Below, in pieces: positions 1-14,353 of a DNA stretch of 64,000 bases. Each line of letters begins with the position of its first letter. Position 1 is the stretch's first letter. Where the stretch lies: the NCBI RefSeq assembly GCF_009914755.1, contig NC_060940.1, one strand, 5' to 3'. The position numbers and the translations under genes are program-made. This DNA comes from the human T2T-CHM13v2.0 reference genome, Homo sapiens. The notes under the pieces were generated by a model. The model saw only the letters and a list, made by a program, of their open reading frames with translations, had not been told where the DNA came from and did no database searches.

Positions 1-417
<417 letters not shown>

Positions 418-474
418 TAACCCTCTGCTGTGATGATGTTGCAGTTGGACCTACCTGGATGTGAGGACCAACAA

Positions 475-670
475 CTCCACTTACTCAAGATGACCTTGGG
501 TAAGTCATGTAACCTGTGTGGGACTCAGTCTTTGATATGTGTCACAGGTATATTCATAGAACTGACCCCTCAAAATGTTGTTGCAAAGATTAAATGAGGT
601 GATACAATACCTATAAAGCACTTAACACAGTGCTTGAAATACCTGATAAATTTACCTATGATTATTATTA
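475..670 (+). mobile_element. MIR
   Basis: TGACCTTGGGTAAGTCA core and GATTAAATGAG...AAAGCACTTAACACAGTGC 3' part. Confidence 0.8.
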
Positions 671-695
671 CAAACACATTAGGCATTGAAAGAGC

Positions 696-769
696 ATCTC
701 TCTGTCTCTGTCTCCCTCTCTCTCTCATGCACACACACAGACACACACACACACACTCACACTCACACA
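696..769. repeat. (CT)n(CA)n compound microsatellite
   Basis: Directly visible. Confidence 0.85.
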
Positions 770-1581
770 GAGTGCAGTGGTCATCTTAAGCATGTCCAGG
801 ATGGTTATTTCTAGAAGCAGACTTACCAGGCTCAGCATTTGTGCCAACGAGGATTCCCTCATAGCATTTGACAGTTACTGAGAAAGGAGTGAAGATAGAC
901 TGCCACCCTTTGTGGTCCCAAATGTCCCTCTGGCTCTCAGAGCCTCTCCATGTCCCTGTCTTGGCAGCCTCCAGCCCCCACAGTGTGGGAACGGTTCTCA
1001 GGGATGCCCCACAGGCAGGTTCCAGCAGCGAGGTACAGCCCTTGACTTGGATCCAGCCTGGAGGGTGAAACGTCCATGGCACCCAGAACTCCACAGAGAC
1101 ACTCAAGAATGGGGATGACAAAGGGGTCGTCATGTCCCCTCTGCAGCCAACTGATGCCATTTTCTGAGGGTTTCCTACCAGAGAAGGAAGCCTCAAGGTT
1201 TGTCTACTTAAACACTGCTTCTCTCAACCCATGGCTGTCAGGCCTCCATATTTGTTTGGGGAAGAGCACTGGACACCTGGCCCCTTTACTTCCCTTTACT
1301 CCTTACTTGATAAAAAGTGCAGCCCAAAGTAAACACAGCCCCATCTCCCACGGGCGTTTCCATCAGTGCTGGGGGAAGATGGTGTCTGGGCTGGATCCAG
1401 TATTTATGAAACCCGTCACGCATAGCTTCACTCTGGGCTTCCAACGGACCTATTCCATGGACATACTTGTGAAGCCAAAAATCCAGAAGTGGAGAACGGA
1501 CAAAATGGCTAAGAGATGAAGGAGAGAAGCAGGAGGCCAGATCAGAGAGCAGGAAGGACAATGGAAGAGAAAGGAAGTTAG

Positions 1582-1826
<245 letters not shown>

Positions 1827-2409
1827 AAATCAGGCATACTTCTGATAGAAAATGCTACAGTGTCTGTAACCATGGCCTTGGCTGTTACCCAGTTAGCTTA
1901 GTTTATTTGCAGCTCTTCCACTGAATGAAACCAATCACCAGCTACAATTTTGCCTCAGAATTTGCTGGTACCTTCAAGTGAAGAATCTTGACTAATTTGG
2001 TTCACCTTTTGCCTTTGGGAATTGTATGTCAGGTGGTTTCCTTGACTCATTTACTTTCTTCCAGTTGTTTAGAATAGACAGAATTGGAGAGAAAACAAAA
2101 GGTTAAATTAAAGAAACCGACTTTATGCCTTTACCTTTAGTGGTAACCAGCTTTTCTGAAGCTGAACTGGATTTGATACATAATACTAAATTCTACAGAT
2201 AGTTATGGAACACTTCGCCTAACGGAAAACCCCATGATCACAGGCCAGTCCTCAAGTTGCTTGCAATCTAGAGGAGAAAAGAAATTCAATATAGGTTGGT
2301 AAGTGCAGTACTACACACATCTGGTAACCAATTCACATCTGCTTTGCCTTACTTCTGACTCCAGCCAGGGCTGGGTGGACAGGCAGGTTTCAACTTATTT
2401 CAGGCTAAC

Positions 2410-2818
2410 AACCTGAGTGTCACACAGCTTCACTTTCTGCCCCTGGGTGCCCTCAACATTGCAGAAACCCTGGAGAGCTGGCTCAGGCCATGAGCCTGTA
2501 CAGCTAGAAAGTACAGGCAGATTAATAACTCCTGGGATGAGACTCAGCCCATGAGGAGTGAACCAGTTGATGAATATCTCATTTCCCAGGTTCAGATGGC
2601 CATGCCGGAGGCATTCCATACACTTTGCAGGAGGACCCAGAAGAATCAAGTTCCAGAGTGGTCACCTCGATCATGCATCTTATTATTGCTTTTCTTCCTC
2701 TCCCGGTTTGCTTTCCTGGCTCTCTCCCTCCTACACCCTGAACCCACTACCCTAATAAACTATCTACATCCCAGTTCTTATCTCAAGGTTTTGCTTGTAA
2801 GGGAACCCAAATCAAACA
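2410..2818 (+). mobile_element. LTR16-family (ERVL) solo LTR
   Basis: 3' end AATAAAC...TCTCAAGG...GGGAACCCAAATCAAACA resembles the LTR16 terminus; 5' limit approximate. Confidence 0.6.
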
Positions 2819-4219
2819 GGATGATACAGGAGTTCACTTTAGGGGCATCAAACCTAGTGGTAAGGGCCTGGAAGAAGACATTCTTGGTAATGTGTAACCC
2901 AAACAATGCATATTGAGTGGGCATCAGCTAAGTAGAGATTCAGGGAGAGGAAAGAGGTAGAAAAGTAACCCATGCAGAAAGCAAAGCTGGGAGCTAGAAA
3001 AGGCATGCCACATTTAGGATATTGCAATTAGTTTAGACAGAAAGTTAGCTTGCTCAAATTAGATAAATATATTTATAGAATCAGATAAAAGAATTTTTCC
3101 CTGTCCTTGATGACAAACCCAAGAGTTACCTCTTTGGCATTACAAATAATCACTTGGGCTGTGGCCAATGAGGGTCTTTTTCAAAAGCACGTAACAGGTT
3201 GTGAAAAATGTGCAAGATAGTCTTTTGTATGGCAGGGGCTGGCCTTTGGGTTGCTGAGGCAGAGAAAGCAAGTGAAGGCTGTGGTACACAGGGCTGAACC
3301 TCTGTGAGGCTTAGTTTATTCACCTGTAAAATAAGCCCTTATGTCTCAAGCAGAACTGAGTGACTGGCACCCATTTGGTCACAAGGCAGAGAGTCAGTAT
3401 CACCAATCCAGTTGGGAAAAATCAACGTTTGGCCAAATCTTTGTTGCCGAAGATGACAGACTTTATCTATTCAGCCATATCTTGGAAACCTATCTATAAA
3501 CAGCTTCCAACAAGTAAGATATTCCATTTTAACACAGCAGGGCCAGGGAAGGGCATGGGAGCAAAAGGCAGAGGGGCTGGAAACGTAACTGTGCATTTTG
3601 ACATTAAATGAATTACACGGAAATTATATGCAAATCATTATGTAAATGTGGCATATGTTGTGTTTGAGTTAACAGCTTGGACACTTTTAATAATTACAGC
3701 ATTTTTCAGGGTGAATTAAGAACCCCAATAAACTATATTTAGGAGCCACTACAGATGAACAGGATTTAATGATCTTTGTTTTTCATTTTAAGTGGCTCAG
3801 GTTAAGAGAGAAATTTGAAATTTTCTCTCTCAGTCCTACAAAGACCACTATATATTGCACAATACTCTTTGGATGACAGTGACAATCTATGACAATTAAT
3901 AAGCACATTAATGCCAAAAGCCTTTGAAAATATGGACTTCTCAAGAGAGGACTGCTTTATCTTATTTTATCCTTTTGTACCTGTGAACAGATGTAAAAGA
4001 TTAAAATGAAATATCCTTCTCTCTGTTGCATTATTCTTCCATAATTTAAGAAAAAAAGCCATACATCACACACTAAGATGTCCTGCCGTGATACCATTGT
4101 TCCTTCATACAGTGCTATCGCCTGAAACACCCTAATTTATTTCTTCATCCAAAAAGGAGATTTTGGATTTCCTATTCTTTCCTCCTCCCTCTTGCAAAAT
4201 CTCCTCACAATGTTTATTT

Positions 4220-4312
4220 TCTTCTTTTTAAATTTTAATTTATAATTTTTATGGGTATATAATAGTTGTACATATTTATAGGGTACATACAATGTTTTGA
4301 TACAAACATAAA
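4220..4312 (-). mobile_element. L1MA-type 3' end fragment
   Basis: AATAGTTGTACATATTTATAGGGTACAT...TTTTGATAC L1MA terminus. Confidence 0.7.
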
Positions 4313-4399
4313 ACAAAAATGTTTATTTTTTTGAGAAAATTCAGCCACAGCTTAGGCTAGGTAGGTAGAGCTTGTGAAAAAGAGGGCTTTTAATTTCCT

Positions 4400-5060
4400 T
4401 TGCAGACCTTCATTTCTGGGAATATTTTGGACTAGATTACCTGAAGAATCTCTGGTTACAAAACCTCAAGGAATGCTGGATGATATATAATGAACATCCT
4501 TTTAAGTGCAAAGCTGAGCTTGAAAAAAAATTCAGGGAAATCCCCAAAGGCTTAAAACAAAGAAGCATTTGAAGTCTTGAGGGTTATATGAGAACTGATG
4601 CTGCAGCTGTCCCAGGATGGGGTTCATGGTTGCCAAGCAGGGAAAAATAGGAGCTTAGGCTTTAACAACCACACAGGGATAGGAGTTCATGCTTTCTGTA
4701 TCTATAAAGCCAGGACGCTCAAAGAGCTACACCCACAGTGACAGGATGGACTAGGAAATATTCTCTCTAGCATAGAAAGATAAAGAAGCTTAACTGTCTA
4801 GACCTAGGCCTAAGTGGAAAAACTAAATATCTCCCATGAGGATTCAGAACTACAAGATTGCTTTTACTCTGTTTGGGGTTCATCCTAGAACCCACAAGTT
4901 GAGTGGTCTCAACGGAGAATATCCCCGGGGACATCTGGCAGATAGAAACAAGCATACTAGAAGGATATACCCCTACACCGGCCCCAACAAGATTCCCACA
5001 CATAAAGCCCCACTAAAGATGAGGTCACAACACAAAATTATAAAACACAGGAAGGAAAAG
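4400..5060 (+). mobile_element. Old L1 (L1ME-type) 5' region
   Basis: Resembles L1ME 5'UTR leading into the ORF1 start region (...CACAAAATTATAAAACACAGGAAGGAAA). Confidence 0.5.
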
Positions 5061-5699
5061 TTAGCCTCTGATGCACACAAAAAATTGTGCTCAAGGTTTC
5101 TCCTCCAGCAGCCAGAGATAAATAGGCTGATGACTTAAAAAGAGATTCATCTCATCACCACCTGGATATGCAAACCCTGCAAACTGTTTACTCCCCTCAT
5201 AAATATGGTTTCTGAAGGAGGACCCTTTATAATCTCTATGTGAAGAGTCAGGCAAAGACAGAGAAGAGGGGCAACTCTCCTGTTTCTCACTGTGGATGGA
5301 AAGGTAGCCATGAGCCCCAAGTCCCCAAATCCTTCAATGTTGGGTCACTGCCAGCTTGGAAGTCCAACTCTCTGGACTCAGTGCAGCATTTAAGAATATG
5401 CTGCCCCTCCAAGAGCATTCCAACTGAAACATGAAAGAATGAATTTATACTTATGGAAGTTTAAGCAGACAAAAGGCATTTTGGACAGGACTTCTAGTCA
5501 TGGAAATAAGGCCACATAGCAGCTGACTTAATAAATAAGGAAAAGACAAATTTGGGGAAACACAGGTTCCTGGGCCAACTGAGTGACAGATCCTATGAGT
5601 GTGATCCTAATAATTCACATTCCCTATTGAGGAGCCTTCAGGGAATACCCACTCCATTTCAAAATAAACCCTGCTTCCTAGCCTGTTTTTAAAGATCTT

Positions 5700-6020
5700 G
5701 ATGATTTTGCTTCAATCTACCATGTCTTTTAAGGCTCTAGGCAAACTGGATGTTTGCTGTTTTCCAAACTCAGGTTGTACTCCTCCACTCTCTGTTGGGA
5801 ATACCTTTCTCTTTGCCTCTCCCTTCCTACTCCCACATCCACATAGTCAAGAGCTACTATTCTTCAAAGTTAACTCAAATGCCTCTTCCTCCAGGAAGTC
5901 TTCCTGATCCCCACTCCAGAAGTGACCTTATTTCCAGAAGCTTTCATGTTCCATCTTCTATTATAGCTGCAACATGGGGCTTATGAAAGTTGAGGCCTTA
6001 GAAAAATATATGTTGAATAA
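5700..6020 (+). mobile_element. L2 3' fragment
   Basis: TTCTTCAAAG...CTCAAATGCCTCTTCCTCCAGGAAGTCTTCCTGA L2 motif. Confidence 0.7.
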
Positions 6021-6189
6021 TTTCAAGATGTCTATGAACAAATTCTGAGAAAATACTAAAGTATCACAAGGCAGAACCTGTACAACAAGAGTGTAAACAC
6101 CAACCTATCCTTATGTCCTTCTGCACATAACTTTCTGCAAGCCACAGATAAGTGAAGTGTTGAGAAAGGCAATGTTTTCAACATTTCAG

Positions 6190-6568
6190 TCATTTGAGTA
6201 CCAGCTTCACATAGTTCCTCTATCTGCATGTGATCCTATTACTTATTTAGCATTTTTCTTTACATTGATTCACTTTTAAGAATCTAGATAGATGTATTTT
6301 AAAAGGAAACTTCTTTATCCTTACCGTAAGTGGGAAATTAATATCACTTAGAATAAAAAGAAAGTCACCACAGAAAATAAATATAGGTATAAGAACAACA
6401 ATATGATTAAATTCTAGTTGTTCATAGTTGCTTGCCCAAAGCTCCGTGCTAGAGGCTGCTGTCTCTTTATTAAAGAGACTAACAAGTGCTATATGGTTGT
6501 AAGAGGCTCAATACCAGCAAGCCAAGAGGTCCTGCTTCATGTAAACAATGGTATTAAAGGAATATACG
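6190..6568. mobile_element. hAT-Charlie fossil (MER113-like), interrupted by L1PA8
   Basis: ATTAAATTCTAG...GCCCAAAGCTCC...GAGGCTGCTGTCTCTTT resembles recalled consensus. Confidence 0.45.
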
Positions 6569-6582
6569 AAAGGAAATCTCTT

Positions 6583-7495
6583 TTATTTTACTTTAAGTTC
6601 TGGGATACATGTGCAGAATGTGGAGGTTTGTTTCATAGGTATACGTGTGCCATGGTGGTTTGCTGCATCTATCAACCCATCATCTAGGTTTTAAGCCCCG
6701 CACATACTAGGTATTTGTCCTAATGCTCTCCATCTCCTTGCCCTCCACCCCGTGACAGGCTCCGGTGTGTGATGTTCCCCTCCCAGTGTCCATGTGTTCT
6801 CATTGTATCCGGAATCCACAAGGAACGTAAACAAATTTACACGAAAAAACAAACAACCCCATCAAAAAGTGGGCAAAGGATATGAACAGAAACATCTCAA
6901 AAGAAGACACTTATGCGGCCAAAAAACATATGAAAAAAAGTTTATCATCGCTGGTCATTAAAGAAATGCAAATCAAAACCACAATGAGATACCATCTCAC
7001 ACCAGTTAGAATGGTGATTATTAAAAAGTCAGGAAAAAACAGATGCTGGTGAGGCTGTGGAGAAGTAGGAATACTTTTACACTGTTGGTGGGAGTATAAA
7101 TTATAAATGAGTTCAACCATTGTGGAAGGCAGTGTGGCAATTCCTCAAGGATCTACAATGAGAAATACCATTTGACCCAGCAATTCCATTACTGGGTATA
7201 TACCCAAAGGATTATAAATCATTCTACTATAAAGACACATGCACACATATGTTTATTGCAGCACTATTTACAATAGCAAATACTTGGAACCAACCCAAAT
7301 GCCCATCAATTATAGACTGGATAAAGAAAATATGGCACATGTATACCATGGAATACTCCGCATCCATAAAAAAGAATGAGTTTATGTCCTTTGCAGGGAC
7401 ATGGATGAAACTGGAAGCCATCATTCTCAGCAAACTAACACAGGAACAGAAAACCAAACACCACATGTTCTCACTCGTAAGTGAGAGTAGAACAA
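6583..7495 (-). mobile_element. L1PA8-like, 5'-truncated with 5' inversion
   Basis: 3'UTR on minus strand 6583-6806 (TCTAGGTTTTAAGCCCCG diagnostic); ORF2 end on plus strand 6807-7495; 14-bp TSD AAAGGAAATCTCTT at 6569 and 7496. Confidence 0.93.
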
Positions 7496-7634
7496 AAAGG
7501 AAATCTCTTAGTCACAACTGATTCAGAGTTACTTTGTGCATTGCCCTTGGGAGGCCCTAAAACTTTCTTGCATCCTTCCAGTAGAGTATGTTCAACACTT
7601 CTGTTGGGGGCTGGGCATGTATATGGGAGAGGAC

Positions 7635-7850
7635 ACTGGCTACAGAATCAGTGAGATGCAAACTTGAACCCTGACTCTGTCATTGAACGGAGGAGTGATC
7701 TTGGGAAACTATGATGTCTCTTAGCCTCGGTGTTTCATCAGCAAGATAAAGATAATACAACCTGCTTTTAGAGGGTTGCCAGGAACTTGGACATAAAGTT
7801 TTTCAGTGGAGAATCTGCAGCATGGTAGAGTGTTAATAAGCTTGTTATTG
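7635..7850 (+). mobile_element. MIR
   Basis: GTGATCTTGGGAAA...GCCTCGGTGTTTCATCAGCAAGAT core. Confidence 0.7.
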
Positions 7851-8649
7851 GTTTTCCCTGGTATTTGGGCTCAGTCAAAACAACTTGTCATCCAAAAGAT
7901 CTAAGGCTAGAAATCAATCTCTTGACTATTTCATAAGAAAATCTCCATTGCTTTAGAATATGGATACACAGTACCAAATATTAGACCTTAAAGTGCATCA
8001 TAACTTGTTATCAAGTACTTCTTTGAGTAAAACAAAATTACTCCATGATTTCCATTCCTTGTGGAGTTTTGCTGATCTTACAACACTTCATTCTTTTCTT
8101 TTGCCAGTAATAGTACAGAAGGCCTCAGACTAGCATAATGTAATAGAGGAAAATCATATTTTTAAGGGCACTAAAAAAGAAGATGGAGGAGTGAAAGGAA
8201 TTTGGTGCTTCTTATCATTGTAATTAGTTGTACCAAAAAAAAAAAACTAGAAAAAGAATTTTAAGGAAAAGGAAAATAACCATGACGCAATAACTAAGAA
8301 AAGTACGATTATACAAGAGGTACACAAAAATATAATTTACATTGGATAATACTGCCATCCTCTGTGATATTGAGATGATCCACTTAAACATAAGTCTATT
8401 TAACTTTTATAGTCAGCATCAGTCAATTCCCTTTGAAAAGAAAAATCAAATTCTTATAGACCTACAGAAATCTCAAGGGCCTAAGGACCTAGTTTAAGAA
8501 ATGCTGTTTGGGGAGCATGAGAAGCTATTAAATTAAAATAGGTTCGTTGCTAGTGGTGAAATGGATGGTCAAGGGCCTTTTCTTAATGTGTCGCTTAAAG
8601 GACAGGATTCTACATGCTGCAGATGGAAAAATCACAGTACTGGAAAATC

Positions 8650-8810
8650 CAGACCCCAGAGCCTGACCTTGGCCAGTATCTCACTGCTCATGTGACCTTG
8701 GGCAAATCCTTTAACATATCTCAGCTTGCATTTCTTCACCTGTAAGAAAAGACTGGACTTTTTTAGTAGGTAAGTCCCTAAGGTCCCTTTTAACTACAAA
8801 ATTATGTGAA
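8650..8810 (+). mobile_element. MIR/MIR3
   Basis: TGTGACCTTGGGCAAAT core; CTAAGGTCCCTTTTAACT MIR3-like tail. Confidence 0.7.
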
Positions 8811-9181
8811 ACTTACTTTAATTGTGTTTTTGTTGAGGAGCTCATGACATGTTAAGATTTTCAGAGCTATCCATGCTTGTTATAAAACCAGAGGTGTGAA
8901 GCACTGATGAATGTAAGCGCTCCTGGCCCTAGAGTGAGCACAGCTTAAGAATCGCTGGCTCTTAGGGAACCCAAGCAGAAGATGAGGGCCTGATGGAGGA
9001 TGAGCCAGATTCTCTCGTTACACTTGACTGGATTCTTTTCTTTCAGTTAAACTCCTGATGTTTCATTTAAACATCTCTGCCTGGTCCTACCTACTGGAAT
9101 GAAGAGAGAATAGTGTTCACACACAGTCTAGGCCTCAGAGAGGTGCAGACCTAAGATGTCGGTGTGGTGGTGGCCACGTGA

Positions 9182-9674
<493 letters not shown>

Positions 9675-10146
9675 TAATTAAACTGTGTTTCAAATATTCC
9701 TATGAACCCCAAAATACAAGCAGGAGCAGGTGAGGACAAACCAACAACAAGCACTAGACCTACACGGTGTCAGTGCCTGTGCAGGAAGAAGCAGAGAGAA
9801 GCAACAGGGTATTAGATGAGCCTGGAAACAGAAGAATCTTAAAATGGCCAAGTATTTTCTAGACCAGTAGGAGCATAGCAGAGCAGCTAAGACGAAGGGG
9901 TTTTGCTCAATCCCAAAGTGGGTGAGTGTGAGAGGTCCACAGTAAGAAATGAAGGGGCTGGAAGAGTCTAACTCCACTCAACTTCCAACACTAGCATGTC
10001 AGGACTCCCTTCTAGGAGAGGACACCACACCGAGAAAACACCAGTAGAAACAGAATCAAAATTAAATAGGAGAGAGTTCACTGAGACAAAGGATAACATC
10101 CAAGTAAGCATGGAGGAGGCAGAGTCAGGAAATGTCAGAAAGTAAG

Positions 10147-10508
10147 TGACATGATTTGGCTCTGTGTCCCCACCCAAATCTCATGCTGGATGGTAATCCC
10201 CACATGTCAGAGGAGAGAGCTTGTGGGAAGTGAATGGATCATGGGAGCAGATTTCCTCCATGCTATTCTGGTGATAGTGAGAGAGTTCTCATGAGATCTG
10301 ATGGTTTAAAAGTGGTGGTTTCCCCTGTGCTCTCTCTCTCTCTCCCGTCACTTTGTGAAGAAGGTGGCTGCTTCTCCTTCCAACATGATTACAAGTTTCC
10401 TGAGGCCTCCCCAGCCATGCAAAACTGTGAGTCAATTAGACCTCTTTTCTTTATAAATTGCCTAGTCTCAGGTAGTTCTTTATAGCAGTGTGAAAACAGA
10501 CTAATATA
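10147..10508 (+). mobile_element. THE1D/MSTA-type MaLR solo LTR
   Basis: TGACATGATTTGGCTCTGTGTCCCCACCCAAATCTC...CTAATATA; 5-bp TSD GTAAG. Confidence 0.92.
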
Positions 10509-10566
10509 GTAAGCCATCATAGTTCTCAATACTACACAAAAACATCAGAAGGGTAAATCTCTAAAG

Positions 10567-10819
10567 CATGGGTGTCCAATCTTTTGGCTTCTCTGGGCCA
10601 CATTGAAAAAAGAATTGTCTTGGGCCACACATAAAATACACTAACTAAAAATAGCTGATGAGAAAAAAAAAAAGAAAACCAAACAAAACCCATACACACA
10701 CACACACACACACACCCCACCTCATAATGTTTTAAGAAAGTTTACAAATATGTGTTGGGCTACATTCAAAGCTGTCCTGGGCTACATGGAGCCCACAGGC
10801 TGCGGGTTAAACAACTTTG
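10567..10819. mobile_element. MER30 (hAT-Charlie MITE) with internal A/(CA)n run
   Basis: GGTGTCCAATCTTTTGGCTTC...GGGTTAAACAACTTTG; 8-bp TSD CTCTAAAG/TTCTAAAG. Confidence 0.9.
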
Positions 10820-10829
10820 TTCTAAAGCT

Positions 10830-11730
10830 ATAAAAGATACCCTGAATTATACTCCCTTTTAAAAGTTCAGGAAAGCTAATTTTATGTAAAGATGAGCAGC
10901 AGTATTATTGCAAAAAGTATCACAAGCAAAAACGCATCAAAGTAAATTCCATATGAAGTTACTATAAGGAAAAAAAAAGATGCAGTACGGCATTCTTACA
11001 CACAATGAAAGCTTGCCAGAAAAAATATGCTCACAAAATGGATAAACTTCTATTTTACAATGAGCTAAAATACAGTAAGAAAATATGCAAGATGCAAAGG
11101 ATAGAAATCAGAATGAGAGAAGCTCAGAAACGAGGCAGCAAAAATAAGTAGAGTAAAAACTTTAAAAAAATAATTTTCAGAACTGAAAATGAAACGAGAA
11201 GGAACACAAGTGTAATAAATATGACAGATTACAGCTTAAGGTAAATGGATCAAAAGAAAAAGAAATGAAGAGAGAGCTTCATTTCTTTCTTTCAAAAGCA
11301 TTTGAAATAAAGTGACAAATATTTAAGCTGGGCAAAGAATATCCAACACATGGATAACAGAAATGTAAAAATGAAAATCAAAGCATGGGAAGAAAACAAA
11401 TGCTAAACATTATAACTCAAGAAAACTTTTCTGATGAAAAAAATATTTGAAACTATACATTGAAAGAGTATACTGCACACTTGACAATGGTGACCCAAAG
11501 CTACCAATATCAAGACACACTCAAGTAAAATGATTGAACTCAGAAGGGAAAAGAAAAAAAAAACAAGGAAGGATGAAGGAAAGAAGAAAGGAAGGAGAAA
11601 ATCCTTTAGCTATCTAGAAAAGAAAAGAGAAAGAGACTATAAGAGAAAGAAAATTGGACATCAGATATCTCAATGACAGCACTTTATGTTGATGAGCCTG
11701 GAGTATCTTGTCGAAGCAGATATTAAAAAA
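10830..11730 (+). mobile_element. Ancient L1 ORF1-like / HAL1-like fragment
   Basis: A-rich decayed ORF1-type sequence (CAAGAAAACTTTTCTGA...CATTGAAAGAG...ATCAAGACAC). Confidence 0.55.
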
Positions 11731-11889
11731 ACTTTTAAAAACTGGGGTCACGTGAAAAGGACTCAAGAGCCAACTTTGAAGAGGCCAACTATGGGACAAT
11801 TTAAGCTTCAAAAGGATAAAAGATGCAACTGAATGAATTCCATCAACTGTGTTTAATTCATGAGTTCATAATGACATTTTGTAAATCAA

Positions 11890-12610
<721 letters not shown>

Positions 12611-13233
12611 TGATGACAATTTATACTGATACTTTAAAACAGCACTAATTGGTCACCTTTGGCATGATAGGGGTCCAACTTGTCATCTTGAAAATTAATA
12701 AATATAGAGGAAGAATTAAGCCTTTATCCCACATCAAGCCTTTATCCTACCTTTCATATATAAACTGTTCCACTGGGCAATCAAGTATAGATGAGGGGAA
12801 GCATTTTTTAATATTTGTACTTCGGTTAAATTAAAAAAGATAGAATTAAAATAGTACCATTTTGTGAACCCAAATAAATGGAAGGATCTCACCAATGAGT
12901 GTCTGTGACTGCTACTATCACAAAACGGAGAGATGCACATTCACGTGCTTCCTGATGAAAGAACACACTACAGGCTACATGCTTCCTAAACAGATCAGAC
13001 CTGTGTCCAGTGAAATCCAGAGTATGCGCTAATGGCAGGTAGAGGAACATGCTAAACTGCGCTCTATTTGCAGTCAGCCAAATCTACAGGGAACACTAAG
13101 GTCAAATGTCTTAGGTTCTTCAACAGAAATAGTTAAGAAAAAGAGAAAAGGATGGAAAAAGAACCTGTAAATTAAAAGAGACTTTAAACATGTAACATTT
13201 CTATTTAAATGGGCAAGACTAAAGTTCAGTGTC

Positions 13234-13528
13234 GGCCGGGCCTCACGGCTCATGGCTGTAATCCCAGCACTTTGAGAAGCCGAGGCGGGCAGATCTCCTG
13301 AGGTCAGGAGTTCAAGACCAGCTTGACCAATGTGGTGAAACCCCATTTCTACTAAAAATACAAAAATTAGCCAGGCATGATGATGCACGCCTGTAGTCTC
13401 AGCTACTCAGGAGGCTGAGGCAGGAGAATTGCTTGAATCCAGCAGGGGGAGGCTGCAGTGAGCAGAGATCATACTACTTCACTCCAGCCTGGGTAACAGA
13501 GTGAAACTCCATGTCAAAAAAAAAAAAA
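13234..13528 (+). mobile_element. AluS
   Basis: Full dimer; TSD AAAGTTCAGTGT/AAAGTACAGTGT. Confidence 0.95.
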
Positions 13529-13573
13529 GTACAGTGTGTACAGATGCCCACTTGACTAATACAACTATTTTTA

Positions 13574-13879
13574 TTTCTTTATTTTATTATTTTTTTGAGA
13601 CAGAGTCTCCCTCTGTCTCACAGGCTGGAGTGCAGTGACATGATCTCTGCTCACTGCAACCTCCACTTCCCGGGTTCCAGCATTTCTTCTGCTTCAGCCT
13701 CCTGAGTAGCTGGGATTCCAGGTGCGAGCCACCACACCCAGCTAATTTTTTGTATTTTCAGTAGAGACGGGGTTTCACCATGTTGGCCAGGCTGGTCCCA
13801 AACTCCTGACCTCAAGTGATCTGCCCACCTCAGCCTTCCAAATTGCTGGGATTACAGGTGTGAGCCACCACGCCCAGCC
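13574..13879 (-). mobile_element. AluS (Sz/Sx-like)
   Basis: Full dimer; TSD ATACAACTATTTTTA at 13559 and 13880. Confidence 0.95.
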
Positions 13880-14039
13880 ATACAACTATTTTTAAAATGC
13901 AAGAAAGTGAAACTTGTTAAATCAGGATTGTTGGGAGGAAGAACACTATGATCAGAAGGGGGCACATAGAGGATTATCCGGGGAGACTGGCAAAGGGATA
14001 TTTCTTGATCTGAATAGCAATTGCAAGGATGCTTGTCTT

Positions 14040-14353
14040 TTATTAGTAGTAGTAGTAGTAGTATTTATTATACTTTAAATTCTAGGGTACATGTGCACAA
14101 CGTGCAGGTTTGTTACATAGGTATACATGATCCATATTGGTTTGCTGCACCCATCAACTCGTCATTTACATTAGCTATTTCTCCTAATGCTATCCCTCCC
14201 CCAGCCCCCCACTCCCTGACAGGCCCCAGTGTGTGATGTTCCCCTCCCTGTGTCCATGTGTTCTCATTTTCACCTCCCACCTATGAATGAGAACATGCGG
14301 TATTTGGTTTTCTGTCCTTGTGATAGTTTACTCAGAATGATGGTTTCCAGCTT
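14040..14353 (-). mobile_element. L1PA6-like 3' end, 5'-truncated
   Basis: TCTAGGGTACATGTGCACAACGTGCAGG...; TSD GCTTGTCTT; (TAG)n in tail. Confidence 0.9.

Noticed and set aside
786-1561. Overlapping 130-150 aa ORFs in unique DNA
   Set aside because: No recognisable homology or exon structure; lengths are compatible with chance
7249-7521. ORF resembling a known protein (MFIAALFTIA...)
   Set aside because: C-terminus of L1 ORF2p in a truncated, inverted, non-autonomous copy
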